Source of the DNA: the human T2T-CHM13v2.0 reference genome, Homo sapiens
Assembly: GCF_009914755.1 (NCBI RefSeq)
Contig: NC_060927.1
DNA: 64,000 bases
Direction: 5' to 3' (one strand)
Shown here: piece by piece, positions 1 to 13,256 of the stretch
Numbering within the stretch: position 1 is the stretch's first letter
Layout: every line of letters begins with the position of its first letter
Translations under genes and position numbers: made by a program
Notes under the pieces: generated by a model
Told to the model about the DNA's origin: nothing
The model's database searches: none
What the model saw: the letters and a program-made list of their open reading frames with translations, nothing else

Positions 1-900
1 CAAACTGTGTGCGGAGACACCTTGAGATGCTGTAGCCAACTTACGGAAATGCTATGAGGGGGCCGGCCATGGTGGCTCACGCCTTTTTAAATCCCAGCAC
101 TTTGGGTTTTTCGCCATGTTGCCCAGGCTGGTCTCGAACTCCTGAGCTCAAGCAATCTGCCGAGGAGCTTGAGACGAGCCTGGGCAACATGGCGAAGCCC
201 CGTCTCCAAAAGATACAAAAATTAGCCGGGTGTGGTAGCACACACCTGTAGCCCTAGCTACTAGGGAGCATGAGGTAGGAGGATGGCTTGAGCCCAGGAG
301 GTGTAGGTTACAGTAAGCTGAGATAGCACCACTGCACTCTAGCCTGGGCAACAGAGCCAGACTTTGTCTCCAAAAAAAAAAAAAAAATACAAAGAAAAGA
401 AATTCTATGAGGTATTTTACATTTTCAAGGTAAACAAAGCGATATTCAGTATCTCTTAGGTACTGGAGCAGAAGTTGTTAGCTCAAAGTAGTTCACTGTT
501 TCAACAGTAGATTGCGGCACATCCTTTCAATGATATCTTTGTGAATCTGGATATTCAGGGTTACTGAGATAAAAAGCAAGCACTGAGTGAAAATCAACAT
601 GGAACAGGAAATGAGGGTGGGGGGTGTCCAATCTTAGTCCAAAGTTTGAGAGGTGTGCACATCCAGTGTACACATATGTGATTAATAAATCATTGTAGTT
701 ATTTAACAATAAAGTAACATTATTTTTATTTAAATTTACATTATTATTTCAAACCACAATTAAGTTGTTAGGACATATTAAGCTGGTTGGGTTTGCTACT
801 TAATAAAGGAACTGTTCTTTCTTGTGGCCCAGGGGACACTATGAAAAAATGCCAGAGGCACCAAGGAAGCTGTGAACCAAGAAAGTTTGGGAACCCGCTG
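1..900. mobile_element. hAT-Charlie DNA transposon relic (Charlie7-like), interrupted by an Alu
   Basis: The window opens with CAAACTGTGTGC, the inner part of a Charlie CAGNGGTTCCCAAACT terminus, and 884-900 reads AAGTTTGGGAACCCGCTG, the reverse-complement terminus. The interior resembles Charlie-family sequence. Subfamily is from memory. Confidence 0.6.
61..398 (+). mobile_element. AluJ-type SINE with internal inverted segment
   Basis: GGCCGG start, both monomers and an A-rich tail. TSD GAAATGCTATGAGG (46-59) / GAAATTCTATGAGG (399-412). Bases 104-161 are Alu sequence in reverse orientation. Confidence 0.95.
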
Positions 901-2682
901 TTATAGTAATTAACACTGTTGAAAACAAGTCACTGGGTGATTTCTACCATCTTAGGTGTCAGCTCCTGGCTAAGGGGCTAGGCGTTTATTTTCTTTCTCT
1001 GCCGTGTTTCTGTTTCCCAGCTGCTATTTGCTTCCCATGCAGAACCCTTTAGTCATCTTGTCTGTTTCCCTACCTCCTTTCAGACCATGCCCTCAGGGCG
1101 CTGCTCCCTTCCACCCTCCAACAGCTTATCAAGGTATTTCCCTAAACAGAGACAATTTCCTCTCTAAAGAAATTCTTTTACCAGCATAAAAAAAAACAAA
1201 CTTATTCTTCTAGTATAAATTGCTGTGCTATGGGCCTTGAATCACCAGAGCACTGGCACTCAAGGACAGGGTGAAAGGAAGGCCAAATCGAAGGTAAAAT
1301 TGGTGAATAAAGGCAGAGAACGGGCCTAAGAAAAAGTTGATTGCTTCACAATTTTACTGTGACCACAAGCTGTGTGCCCAAAACACATTTAAATCTGTCC
1401 AGAGTCCAGATACAGAGCATGTAACAGATAAAATCTTTTTCCTTAACTCTGTAAACTGAATATTTTGTAACCTCAAAAGGCAGGATTTTACATCATTGCG
1501 ATGCTTTATTTCTTCCTGTAATTAAATATACTGGTATAAGCTGTGAGAGCAAAAGCTGGAAATTTAGTCCAGCGGATATGTCTGTTTTCTCAAACATTTT
1601 AATGAAATTTTTCTTGATCATCATCTTTGGGCTCGGAGCATACACACCAACCACTCCTTGCCTTGCTTTATCCTTTATTCCATTCTTATTTCAGAAGAAC
1701 ATTATACAACTTTGCCGATCTGGGAGTGTGGGGGAAAAACGACTGATTCTTTTATGAGAGCAGATTGGTCCTGGCATTTATGAAGCCCTGACTGCACTGA
1801 GGTCCAATGAATGAAAATATCCGTGTTCTCTCCACCTCCGGCTAGCTGCAGCAATATCCTCTTCCACATCCATCACTGTCTCATGCCTGACAGAATGATA
1901 GACACACAAAATCATTCCTTATTGTAGTAGAGATCTCTCACCCAAATGGTTTTCTGGTAGTTACTCTGACTCAACTCTGGCCAACAGGCTCCTGTAAAAT
2001 GGGTTCCATGTTCTGCTCCGCATTGCAAGAACCACCTGTTTGTAGGTTTCATCACATTTATTTGCATTAACCTCCACAGAAAGCAGGACCTCTGCACTGC
2101 TTACAACACTCCGAGAGGCCATTTGCATAAGCCTTTGCATTTACATAAGGCATAGATTTAATGGATGAGGATGAATGTGGCATTCTTGGTGCTTCTGTTG
2201 GGAATGCTTGCTAGGAATTATTTCTGATTCATCAGTCTGAAGGACCCAGGATCTCCTGAAATTTTGAATGGAAAGTCCATGTTTTATTTCCTATCCTAAT
2301 GTGTCTAGAGATCTCAATCTGATCTCTACCAAACATTTTTTGTAAATGACTCCTACTTAGTCCTACTTAGTCCTTAGTTAGGCACCAGACTAAGTGCTTA
2401 TGGTAACCCTTCTCCAAACATGGCCACCATCAATTCCTTCCCCTCCTGGATGCACATGGTTCCTCATTTGAAAAGATGAAGCTTATTTCTCCTTCCCTTG
2501 AATCTAGGCTGGCCCTTTGAGTTTCTTTGACCAATAAACATTGGTGGAAATGACACTGTGCTGGTTCTAGGTCTAACCTTTAGGAAAGCTGGCAGTTTCT
2601 GCTTCCTCTCTCTTGGGTGCCAGCTGCCAAGTAGGGTGACCAAATACTCTGATACTACCACATTGTATGAAAGCCCAGTTAA

Positions 2683-3016
<334 letters not shown>

Positions 3017-3021
3017 TCACA

Positions 3022-3022
<1 letters not shown>

Positions 3023-3065
<43 letters not shown>

Positions 3066-3084
3066 GAGAGAGAGAGAGAGAGAG
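3023..3084. repeat. Compound (CA)n(GA)n microsatellite
   Basis: Read directly: AC run 3023-3060, then AG run 3065-3084. Confidence 0.98.
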
Positions 3085-3246
3085 TGCACCATCTTAGATG
3101 TTTCAGCCTCAACAGCCACCACACAGAGGAGAGGAACCACCCAGCTGAGCCCAGCCTAGATGGCAGAATTGTGAGAAATCATAACTGTTGTTTTAAGTTA
3201 CTAAGTTTCAGAATGATTTGTTGTATAGTAGCAGATAACTGAAACA

Positions 3247-3440
3247 GTGCTTAATAAGTATTATTTAAATTAATAAATATAACAATCAACCCTGTTAGGT
3301 ATGAACTACTCCCCACATTTCACAAATGAAGAAACTGAGGTTTTACGAATTACATGACCTGCAGGATGTCACATTGCTAGTAAATGGCTGAGCTGACACA
3401 TGATCCCAGGCTGCCTGATTTCAGTCTTCTCACTTAACCA
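3247..3440 (-). mobile_element. MIR SINE (continues left of the MLT1 insertion, ~2375-2398)
   Basis: MIR core CATTTCACAAATGAAGAAACTGAGG, reverse of CCTCAGTTTCCTCATCTGTAAAATG. Confidence 0.8.
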
Positions 3441-3707
3441 AAATACGCTCATGCCTCTCTACAGAGAATCAGGACTCCCATGTACATGGTATATAATAGT
3501 GGTGCCCTTTGTTCAAAGGAAATATGTTAGAATTCTTGGATTAACAGATGCTAATGGCTCCTGACTACCCCTTTCCTTCATGGTTCCCTAAAGGAGCCCC
3601 TATGTCAGTCTTTTTACAAAGATAGATGGTGGCCGTGTGAACCATGTCTGGGAATGACAGCTGCTGACAGGAACAAGAGGACAAGAGGACAGCTGGGAAA
3701 GGAAGTG

Positions 3708-3920
3708 GCATTTGTTGAATAGCTGCCATGTGCTGCTATCTGTACATGACTGACTGATTAATCCTTAGGCAACCTAACAAGGGTGGCATAATGATCTCTG
3801 CTTAATAGATGAGAAAACTGAGACACAGAGAAGTTAAGGAACTTGCCCAAAGTAACCTAGAAGTAAATAGCAAAGATGGGATTTGACCTCAAGTCTATCC
3901 CTCTCCAAAGTCTGCAGTCT
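3708..3920 (-). mobile_element. MIR SINE
   Basis: AGATGAGAAAACTGAGACACAGAGAAGTTAAGGAACTTGCCCAAAG core. Confidence 0.85.
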
Positions 3921-4528
3921 TTCTGAGTTAACCAAACCAAAGACCTGGGCTTATACTAGTTGTATAAGATTGAGACTTGAGATTTTTACTGTTGGAGGTA
4001 AGGAAGTTTTCAGGTTTTAAGCTTTATTTCTCAATGTACTAATTTTGCCATAACAAAAAGCCAACCTGGGGGTAAAAACAGAGGAAAAGCAACAACAGTG
4101 GGAACTAATTAAAATGCAAAACCTGTGTGGGAAAGCAAAGTCAAACAGAAAGAACTCTTGACTGCAGCCTTCTGAGATAACCAGGCATTGGGAGGGTTTC
4201 TGCTCTGTGGAAGGTCTTGACATCAGTTGATGGGGCTAATCCTCACAACAGGGTCCTCATGCTCACACAGAATGATACCCAGTTCATTCCTCTGCATCAA
4301 ACACCTGTAGCAGACACTGCTACTTGCTATAGTGAGTCTCTAAGGAATTTTAAAATGTCTTGAGAAGTTAAATCAATTTCTAAAAATTGCCCTGCATGTT
4401 TTATGGCTCCAAGGTACATTAGCAAAGATTCTAGAGTCTACAAGAACTTCTGCAGCCTTGTAGTTTCTGTCCACTTAGAGGAACCCTAGCTCAGTAGCTG
4501 AATCCTGGGACAGTATGTCTTTGTGAAA

Positions 4529-4557
4529 ACACACACACACACACATACACACACACA
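4529..4557. repeat. (CA)n microsatellite
   Basis: Read directly. Confidence 0.95.
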
Positions 4558-5884
4558 AATACAGCTGATAAGCCTCACGGTGTGGACTTTTATCGGCAAG
4601 CCACGCACTGTTCTAGCTTCCTTTGGATTTCCTAGTTACTTAGGAGTCAGTCTGGATAGCTCTCTCTCTCTTTAGCTCACTCGCTGGTTCTGTCTTCTCT
4701 ATCAGAATAGAGGCTGCCAGACCAGCTGAGCATTGTCTGTGTTCCCTGTAGGCTGCACTAGAGACACGTGCAGTCTGCCCAGTCTGTTCCTGCATTCTGT
4801 TTCCTTCTGCCTTCATCCCTAGCACACAAGGGATGCAGGCATCTTTGGAATGCTCCCTCTTACCCAGGCCCACAGCAGGTGCTGAGGCTCTGGAAGTCTG
4901 TGGTTACTGACTATCATTGTTCCCTCTGGGATTGCCTTGGGAGAGGAAGCGTGACCAGCCACCCACAGGCTGCGGGGGTCCCCTACTCCTCCTTGTAGCT
5001 AGATCCAACTAGGAGGCTGCAGCAGGGAGTCTGGAGGGGCCTTCCCACCTCTAACATTGTAAGACCAGACAGTCTTTCCCCATTAGCAGACTGCCATGCT
5101 GGGAAGGGCAAGCCTTTCCTTCCCACTCTCAAAGTCTCAGCCCTGCCATGCCCATGTGGGGAGCCCTTCTAGGGTCATTCTTGGAGGGCAATGCATGGAT
5201 GAATCTACGAGCTTGTGTGGGTTTTGCTCTCCACACATAGGACTACCTGCTATTTACATAATAAGAGGGAAGCAGACACATATGTGGGGTTGCCTTAGTA
5301 ATTAGACACATGGCTGGTCCCTTCTTTTGTTGCCAAGTAATTGCAGCATCTGGTTTACCCCAAGAATGACTCTCCTATTAAAAAGCAGAGGGGAGGAAAT
5401 AAAGACCTTATAAACCCACGCATATCTGCTGGTAGAGCTGCTGGAGAAACAGGCAAATTAAGAGCCTCATTTTGTAATTTTGTTTAAAGCAAAGCAGCAA
5501 TAAGCACCACTCCTGCCACCCCTCTCCCCATCTCATAAATGCTTCCAAAAGCTTTAGACAACTGGAGCTTATGAGAAACTGACTAACAATATTTTTGGAG
5601 CTATGAAGTCATCTGTCACACCACCAGGAGGATTGGATCTGGGGCTCCGGGCTCCATGACCATATATAATATTAAATCTTGCTTGCTCCTCTGCGCACTG
5701 AGCTATGAGATCATGTTTATTGTCCTCTCCACAGCTGCATTAAAATGATCTGTGAATCTGTCTGAAAAGGTTCTTTGCTCATCACTGCAGAGCAAGGCTC
5801 AGGCTCATGGCTGAACAGGGAGGCACACACTCTCAGATAAAAAAGGTGAAGTATGGAAGAGAAAAGACTGAGATATGGGATTTC

Positions 5885-6090
5885 TGGGTTGGAAAATGAC
5901 TTTGGCAAGTCATGCAATCTTCCTGAGACTCAGTTTTCTCATCTAAAAAATGGGAATAAGAATAGCTAGCTCACCAGGTAGACAGCTAGATATTTGCCTT
6001 GCCTGTCTCACAGGGTTATTTTGGGGCTCAAATAAGGTAGCAAAAATAATGTGGGTTTTTTAATCACTATAGAAACATGAGATGCTATTA
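5885..6090 (+). mobile_element. MIR SINE
   Basis: TGACTTTGGCAAGTCA...CTCAGTTTTCTCATCTAAAAAATGGGAATAA core. Confidence 0.8.
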
Positions 6091-6160
6091 TTTGGTCCAG
6101 CCATACTGCAAGGAGAATTCTCAAGGCAAACGTGGAGAGGAGCCTGCCTTGATTGCGTCA

Positions 6161-6585
<425 letters not shown>

Positions 6586-7034
6586 TTATAGAATTCCCAG
6601 CCCCAGGTCTATGAAAGGCAGAATAGGGTAGGAGCATCTGGGAGCTCTAGCCACTTTAGGGTGGTTCCCAGATGACAGTTTTGGTGGTTTCATCTCCAGA
6701 AGGAGGGAGGCACTCGTGTTCCAGTTTCTCAACTCATTCTCAAAGTCATTCTACCTTGACATCAATACAAAATAGGTACATGCTGAATTAGTTTAATGAG
6801 ATGCTAATTAAAGCAATATAAAGTAAAATGTCATTGGGGAAGGATTATCCTAGTTAAGTGACAAAGTTTATAGACAAAGACCAAGTAGAGAATGATCAGC
6901 TCTGTCCACATAAACTGAGGAGTTTCACAAGGTCTTCATGCATCTCTGAAAGCAGAACTGTCTCAGATCAAAGTGGATAGGAGTCAAAGCACTTTGAAGT
7001 TGGAATCATGTTTAAGGATTTTCTTCCTTCAAGG

Positions 7035-7145
7035 CTCATTTCACAGATAAGCAAAATGAGTCCCACCAAGGGAAAGGATTTGGCCAGAGTGACAAAGTAG
7101 ATAAAAGGTAGGGCTACGACTAAAACCCAGGTCCTCTATAACCAT
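7035..7145 (-). mobile_element. MIR fragment
   Basis: CATTTCACAGATAAGCAAAATGAG...AAAACCCAGGTC, a diverged MIR core. Confidence 0.6.
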
Positions 7146-9144
7146 TGTATTTCCAATAAATGCAGGACTATAACTTCAGTAAAAAGTAGCCAAAGTTCTA
7201 GGCCCATATTTTCAGTTCTCCATGCAGGGCACCAAGCTATGCACCAAGCTGTGGCTGATTCCTTGATGCTTAATCATAGCCTCTTATATAGCCAGATACC
7301 AGGGTCTGGCAGGGCAGACTAGTGAGGCCTCTCAGGCACTGAAAATATATCACAAGGCTGCAAGTGACCCAGAAAGGTCTGGAAGGATGTAACATGTCAT
7401 CTGGACAGTAGGTAGAAGGACAGAGTATCCTGGTAGAGGTGAATTAACAGCAAGATGTCTTGGCAGGAGGCAGAATGGGAGAGAGAGGGAAAGACAGGGA
7501 GTGTCAGGGAGATGACACAGAATGGGTAAGCGCAAAAAAGTTCCTGTAGGAACTAAGGCAGGTGGAGAAAGAAAACCAAAACCAACCTGCTGGAAGTAGA
7601 GTGTGAAACAGCAGCTTGATTCCAAAAAACAAAAATAAATCAAGCAAAAAACTCCAACCGGATGATGCCCCTGGTACAAAGCATGCATTACAAGACCAAC
7701 ACAAGTCTTGTGTGGGTAGAACAGAATGCCTGGCCTAGAACACCATTAACTACCTTAGGATCCAGAAAGAGTTGGAGGGACTAGTGAGAGTGTCTCCAGT
7801 CATAGAGACTAGAGGACTACAGCAGATGAGAAAGCAGATGGATCCTGTTCTTCTATGCACTGCACCCAGAACCTATTTCATCTAGAGATAAAGCAAAGGA
7901 GACAAAAGGCAGCTGAGTTGATACATAAATATTTCTAAAACATTTGCTTCCATAACACAGTCTTTTTTTAAATTGAGAAATAGTGACAGAAAAATTTAAG
8001 GGGTGGAGCCCTTTTTTACTGAAGTGACATTGCTCAGATCGTCCTACAGTAGATAACCAGGATGGGAAAGCAGAGCTCTCTAGACGTGGCCCTGGATGGC
8101 ATCTGGAGGAAAGCCAAAGCCACTGGGTCTCCTCCCACTTCCGGTCTTCAGTATATTTTTGGAAATATATGGTGTAGTTAAATGTCCCATTCTCATAAAG
8201 ATTTTAGCCTTGAAATATTTGGCTTTATTCTCAGCTGGACCTAGGCCCGGGGTGACCATCACTTAAGTGATTCCATGCCTTGGGGAGCCTAAGTTAGGGC
8301 TTTCATGTTCAAAGGACATGGTCCATTGAAGACTTGGAATATGGACTTGCTCTGATCTTCATAGTCTTCAGTTCTCGGAGCCAAAGCAGGCTGACTTTAA
8401 AAAGGTGGCTTGTATTCTCTTCCTCTCTTCCCCATCCCCCATATTATCAACTGTTCAAGGGCAGAGGAAGATAATGGAATATAGGATTGGAGGAGCTGTG
8501 GCCACACCGGCAGAATTTAACTCTTGGGCTTTTCAGAGCTTTTCTCCCCAATAGGCAAACCTTTCCTAAGACACCCTTTTGTCATGAAAAGCAAACCATG
8601 TCAGCCAAACTTTTCAACCAGACTTTGAGGGCTGGATCTGAAATAAAAGGAAAATGGTTTTGAAATCTGTATTCAGCCAGCATAGTTTGATATTCCAAAT
8701 TTGCACAAATTCAGAGGAGGGTGCAAATTCTTTCCTTTCCTTGGGAGAATAATGGGGCGGGGAGGGGTATGGTATTAATGATTGTTCCAGGTCAAGACAT
8801 CAATTTGAGCTGGTTTAGTTCAGATCAAGAATAGGTTCTAACATTTGAGACAGTCACACCGGGCAAGGAGGGACCTGCACCATTGATGAATGGCATAACA
8901 CTGCAGGGTGGGTAGAAGCCACACACGTAGCAACAGTTAGAACATACGTTAAAGCGGCATTTCTTGCTAGTTTGTTAGAGGCCTTGTGTGTCAGATGGGG
9001 GATAAGAAAATAGAATTGGTGCTGGGGCAGTTCAGGAAGTTCTGCAGAGGCATAACTAGCATAGACACTCAAAGTTCACTCCAAGGGGAGAGAGCAGTGC
9101 TTCCTGTGGGAGAAAATGTGATGAGAGATATGAGAAGACTAAAG

Positions 9145-9275
9145 ACTAATTGAACATCCCATGTGAAAAATTCTGTGCTAGGCACAGAATTACATGACAA
9201 ATACAGTTTTTCACTTAGATGTCCATCCACAAGCTAAATAATGTTCCTTATTTTACAGAAGTGGAAACTAGCTAA
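9145..9275 (-). mobile_element. MIR fragment
   Basis: TGTGCTAGGCAC...TTATTTTACAGAAGTGGAAACT. Confidence 0.55.
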
Positions 9276-9359
9276 AAGACCTGTTAGAACTGTGCATCCA
9301 GGCCCCAAAGGCCTGGGCTACTGATGGTGCAAAGACACCAGTGGACCTGAGCAGGAACC

Positions 9360-9700
9360 GCTGTAGAGAACAGCAATGGAGGAGAGGATGGATGGGGTTG
9401 GAAGGTGGTAGGAAACAGTGATGAAGGCACAGTGGGCCAAACCATAGACAGTGTTAAGTGGCAGACAGATTTTCAGCTGGGGAATTTTAGAAGAGGTGTG
9501 ATGACACTAGTGTTTTATGATCAGGCTAGGAGCTACAGAGGTTCTAGCCTCTTGAACAGAGGCTAGATGGAAGGAGGAGAGATTGGAAGTGGGAAATGAT
9601 GAAGAAACTGACATGGCAATCCAAGAATGAGATCATGTAGATCCAGACTAAGGTTTCTTAACAGGAGTGGAGAGGAATAGATGCAAATAAAAATCCCAGG
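9360..9700 (-). mobile_element. L2 LINE relic
   Basis: Purine-rich L2-like tract (GCAATCCAAGAATGAGATCATG...GACTAAGG...GGAGTGGAGAGGAATAGATG). Confidence 0.55.
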
Positions 9701-10097
9701 AATAACCCATGGAACTTGTTTTTTCACTGTGTAATAAGGAAAAAAGATTTCTTGTAGTAATAGATCATATTTAACTGTTTCAAATCTTCAAGGAGAAACC
9801 ACGCAATGTAAGGCCACTTCCAACTTAGGCAAGGCTGCACACAAGTCATCCCAGCCAGATGTTTTATTCTGAATGTTTTCCCCATCTCTCTGGAGAGAGT
9901 TTCAATGTCTCACAGCCACTGATAGTAGATGTTCTGATGACCTTCCTGCACAATGGAAGCATTGTAACTTCCTGCTGGCTACAGTGCTAATGCATGATGA
10001 TTGCATGTCACTTCTATAGGGTTCCTCTCTTTTGGGAAGTGGGCTATGGTTGAGGAAGGAATGGAGAATAACCTTAAAAGGAGTTCTTTTGACTTGG

Positions 10098-10500
10098 TGC
10101 AGTGGATACTATAGCGCCCTGCTTAGATCATCTTTACCAGACTAGCACATCCACCTGCCTAACTGCAACAAGTGTTGGCCCCTAAGAGCCCACAGCTGTC
10201 TTGTTCATTGGTCTTGAAGCCAGTGGAGATTATCAATTCTCCACCCACCCATCCTTGAGCAGCCATTGGCTGACTGACCTAGACTCACAAAAACCCAGTC
10301 CCCTTGCCTCCAGGTGGAATCAGCTCTGTGGTTCAATTCATGCTCCAGAGAGCCTAAATCAGACTCCAGCTGAGACCCACATCTTTGATTAGTTCCACCC
10401 CTTGCTCCATCCTACTTCCTCGAGAGCTCTGCCCCAATAAATCACTTACTCAAGAATCCATGTCTCAGACTCTGCTTCTAGGGAGCCTGCCTTTAAAACA
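10098..10500 (+). mobile_element. ERVL solo LTR (LTR16-like)
   Basis: TG...CA ends with 5-bp TSD CTTGG (10093-10097 / 10501-10505). U5-like CCAATAAATCACTT...AAGAATCCATGTCTCAGACTCTGCTTCTAGGGA. Confidence 0.85.
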
Positions 10501-10659
10501 CTTGGGACTCAAAAAGATTTAATTCATAACAACTGAATCCACACTATAGATCGAAACGTGTACAGTGTTGGAAGAGCTTTAAATGAGACAGAGATACAAA
10601 TTAAAGATTAGAAAGACATAACCACCCATAGAGCTGGACCGACGAAGGGCAGAGATGTT

Positions 10660-10815
10660 GCTTTCCCATTGGTTCTTCCCACTGGTTGAAACTAATAGAA
10701 ATCCAGTGGACAAGGGAGCCTGGGAAATGTAGTTTTCAGGGAACTGATGTCACACAGAACAGAACAGGAGAAGGACAGGGAATGAATTCAAGGTGAACAG
10801 GTAAATGAACAGCAT
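10660..10815. mobile_element. Old ERVL-type LTR fragment (LTR40/LTR41-like)
   Basis: CAAGGGAGCCTGGGAAATGTAGTTTT motif recalled from this LTR group. Boundaries uncertain. Confidence 0.4.
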
Positions 10816-11865
10816 AAAACAGGGAGAAAATGAACAGCATAAAATAGGGGGAAAACCACAAGTAACACACATAATCAACTATGTTGAGAAACATATCAAC
10901 TTCCCATACCCCTCTTCATGAAGCACCAGGGAATCCATCTGCAGGAAGAGTCCAGGAAAAGTCTCTGGACTATTTCTCTTCTCCTCCTTTCTTATACATG
11001 TCATCCTTGGATCATTTTCTGGGACCCATGCTGATCATTGGGCTGGTCACTTCCTGTAGCAGGCCTGATCAGTGATATACTAACTGCAAAGAATTCTGCA
11101 GTCTCCTTTTCCCAAACTTCTCACCCCAGGATTTGCATTAGAACATTTTTATCAACTCTGTCTACATTTCTTGCTGTCTTTGCTCCTATTTGGTACTACG
11201 CTATTTAATGCAAATGTTGGAATTGAGATTTACCTCTAATTTTGTAAATAAAATTGCAAAAAGCTCAGAAATGCCACCTGCCCTTTGTATTATCATGATC
11301 AAATGGGTTGATAGACCTCTCAGACTTTAGTGGGGATGGGACATCCTCTATTTAATCTTGATACTAGTGAAAAATTGTGCCCTTCCCCACTCATTGCTTT
11401 TATAAATACTATGTGTTTGCCTCCTTGTGTCACTGTCCACCCTCCCACCACCTCCATCAAGCTGTTACGTTTGCTATTTTTACCCTTTCATGTGTAAGGT
11501 AAAAATAATAGATTTTTATTAAATTAATGGACTAATCACCAAGTGTGAACCTCAAGTCCCTTTTATGCCAGTTGGCAAAGCAATTCATCCCTCACCTTTC
11601 AGCTGAGCTGTCTTCCAATTTATGGGTCAGATGGGCCCCCTTTTTCTGTGTCCTATCCACATAGCAGGGCCCAAGAGGCTCTTTCATTTCTTAGGCCCCA
11701 AGGATGGTTTTGCCGCCGAATCAGAGCTGCCTCATTGTCTGCTCACTGAGATGGTGCCTTGCATCCAGAGATGTGAATGTCTTTGAATTCAGTTCGCAAA
11801 CAAAGGTCCTTTAGGGACATCACATGTTTTACATGTGCCTCATGGGTTTCTTGCTTGGTAGTCTT

Positions 11866-11920
11866 ATTCATTCATTCAACACATATTTATTGAGCACCTA
11901 CTATGGGTTTGGCTCTGGGC
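11866..11920 (-). mobile_element. L2 3' end
   Basis: ATTCATTCATTCAACACATATTTATTGAGCACCTACTATG is the canonical L2 tail in reverse. Confidence 0.85.
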
Positions 11921-12124
11921 ATGTGATGGCGACTGTAGGCAAATGAAGGGCAGAGAGTATGCTATAACTTGACTGATCTGCCCCCACAACACTAGCAAGA
12001 CACCTCGATCAGAGCTTTGCTTAAATATTCTCATTCTGTCTTTCAAAAAATTCTAATTGAGAGAGGACTGCATGCTAGGCACTGTGCTAGGCACACATTT
12101 GATGATTAGCATGGTGAATAGTAT

Positions 12125-12540
12125 TATTTGTCTATGATTCTTCTATGTTTCTGGTGGTTTTCTGTGGGTGAAGCTCACTTCTCCATCCGATTTACTCTGG
12201 ACCTGGCTGTGATACTTGCCTTGGCCAATGGAATGTGAGCAGAGTGGACAGGGTATAAATGCGGGGCTGAAGCCTTAAGAATCATCACGTACTGTTTCTC
12301 CCTCATCTTGGAGCTTCTTACCTCCCCCATGGGAAGGGACTTCTTCAGGAAGTGGTTGGGCTTTCAGGTGGGATGCTGAGAAAACCAAATGGGCAACTAG
12401 AAACCTGGAGTCTGGAGATGCACCTGAGTTGCAGCTGACCCACAGACTTATGAGTGACAGATAAATGCTTGTTGTTGAAAGCCACTAGGATTTGGGGTTG
12501 TTATACAATAATATTGCAATTTTTAAAACCTGCCTAATAA
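12125..12540 (+). mobile_element. MaLR MLT1 (I/J-like) solo LTR
   Basis: CTTGCCTTGGCCAATGGAATGTGAGCAGA and 3' ATAAATGCTTGTTGTTGAAAGCCACTAGGATTTGGGGTTGTTA. Confidence 0.8.
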
Positions 12541-13256
12541 GGTAACTGCTCCAAACTTTGGTTGTTTTCCATTCGCAGTACCCACTTCTTGCAGCTCCTT
12601 GTTCCATGAGTTTCAAAGGAAATACCATACGTATGATACTAAATATAGCACCTAGCATATATAATAAGTGCTTCAAAAATAGTGGCCTTGTCATCATCAT
12701 TAATATTAATAGCACTACAAGATTCATGTATTGGGTCCTTTTCAATGACTGTGGTATACACACTTTGCAGTAGGTTCCAGATTAATCTATGGCCTGGTTT
12801 ATAAAGCCAGATCTCCCATGACACCTAAATCAGCTGGGCTCAGATCATAATTGCTCTCTGAGCTGACAACATTTTAACTTGAATTTCCTTTAATATACCA
12901 AGTGAATACTGTATGAATTGCAGGTGCTAAAATTTATTACCAGATCACTTGATTTGAGATATGTGGGCCAAGGGAATACACCATCACAATCTCTGCACAT
13001 CATTAAAGAGCTGGTTTTCTCAAGAACATCAGGTGAGGGGAGTAATTTAACGAGAGCAATAACAGACTTCCAAATAAAAATTCAGGCTCTGAGAATTAGG
13101 TCATCCTAAGTGGAACTCAGAAACCTGGGCCTAAAAATAGACTAATTCCATGCAGGGTAAGAGATGAAGCATTTGGACCTATATGAGACAGAAAGTTAGA
13201 ACTGGAATCTTTGTATAAATCCAGAATTCTCAAATGTCCCACACTCACTGACATAA

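Noticed and set aside
9543-9567. 10-bp perfect hairpin TCTAGCCTCT-tgaac-AGAGGCTAGA resembling an intrinsic terminator
   Set aside because: The context is eukaryotic, there is no U-tract, and it lies inside an L2 relic. An isolated stem of this size is weak evidence.
10803-10852. 25-bp tandem duplication (similar small duplications at 2351-2377, 16808-16856, 57511-57568)
   Set aside because: These are ordinary two-copy slippage duplications with no further structure.
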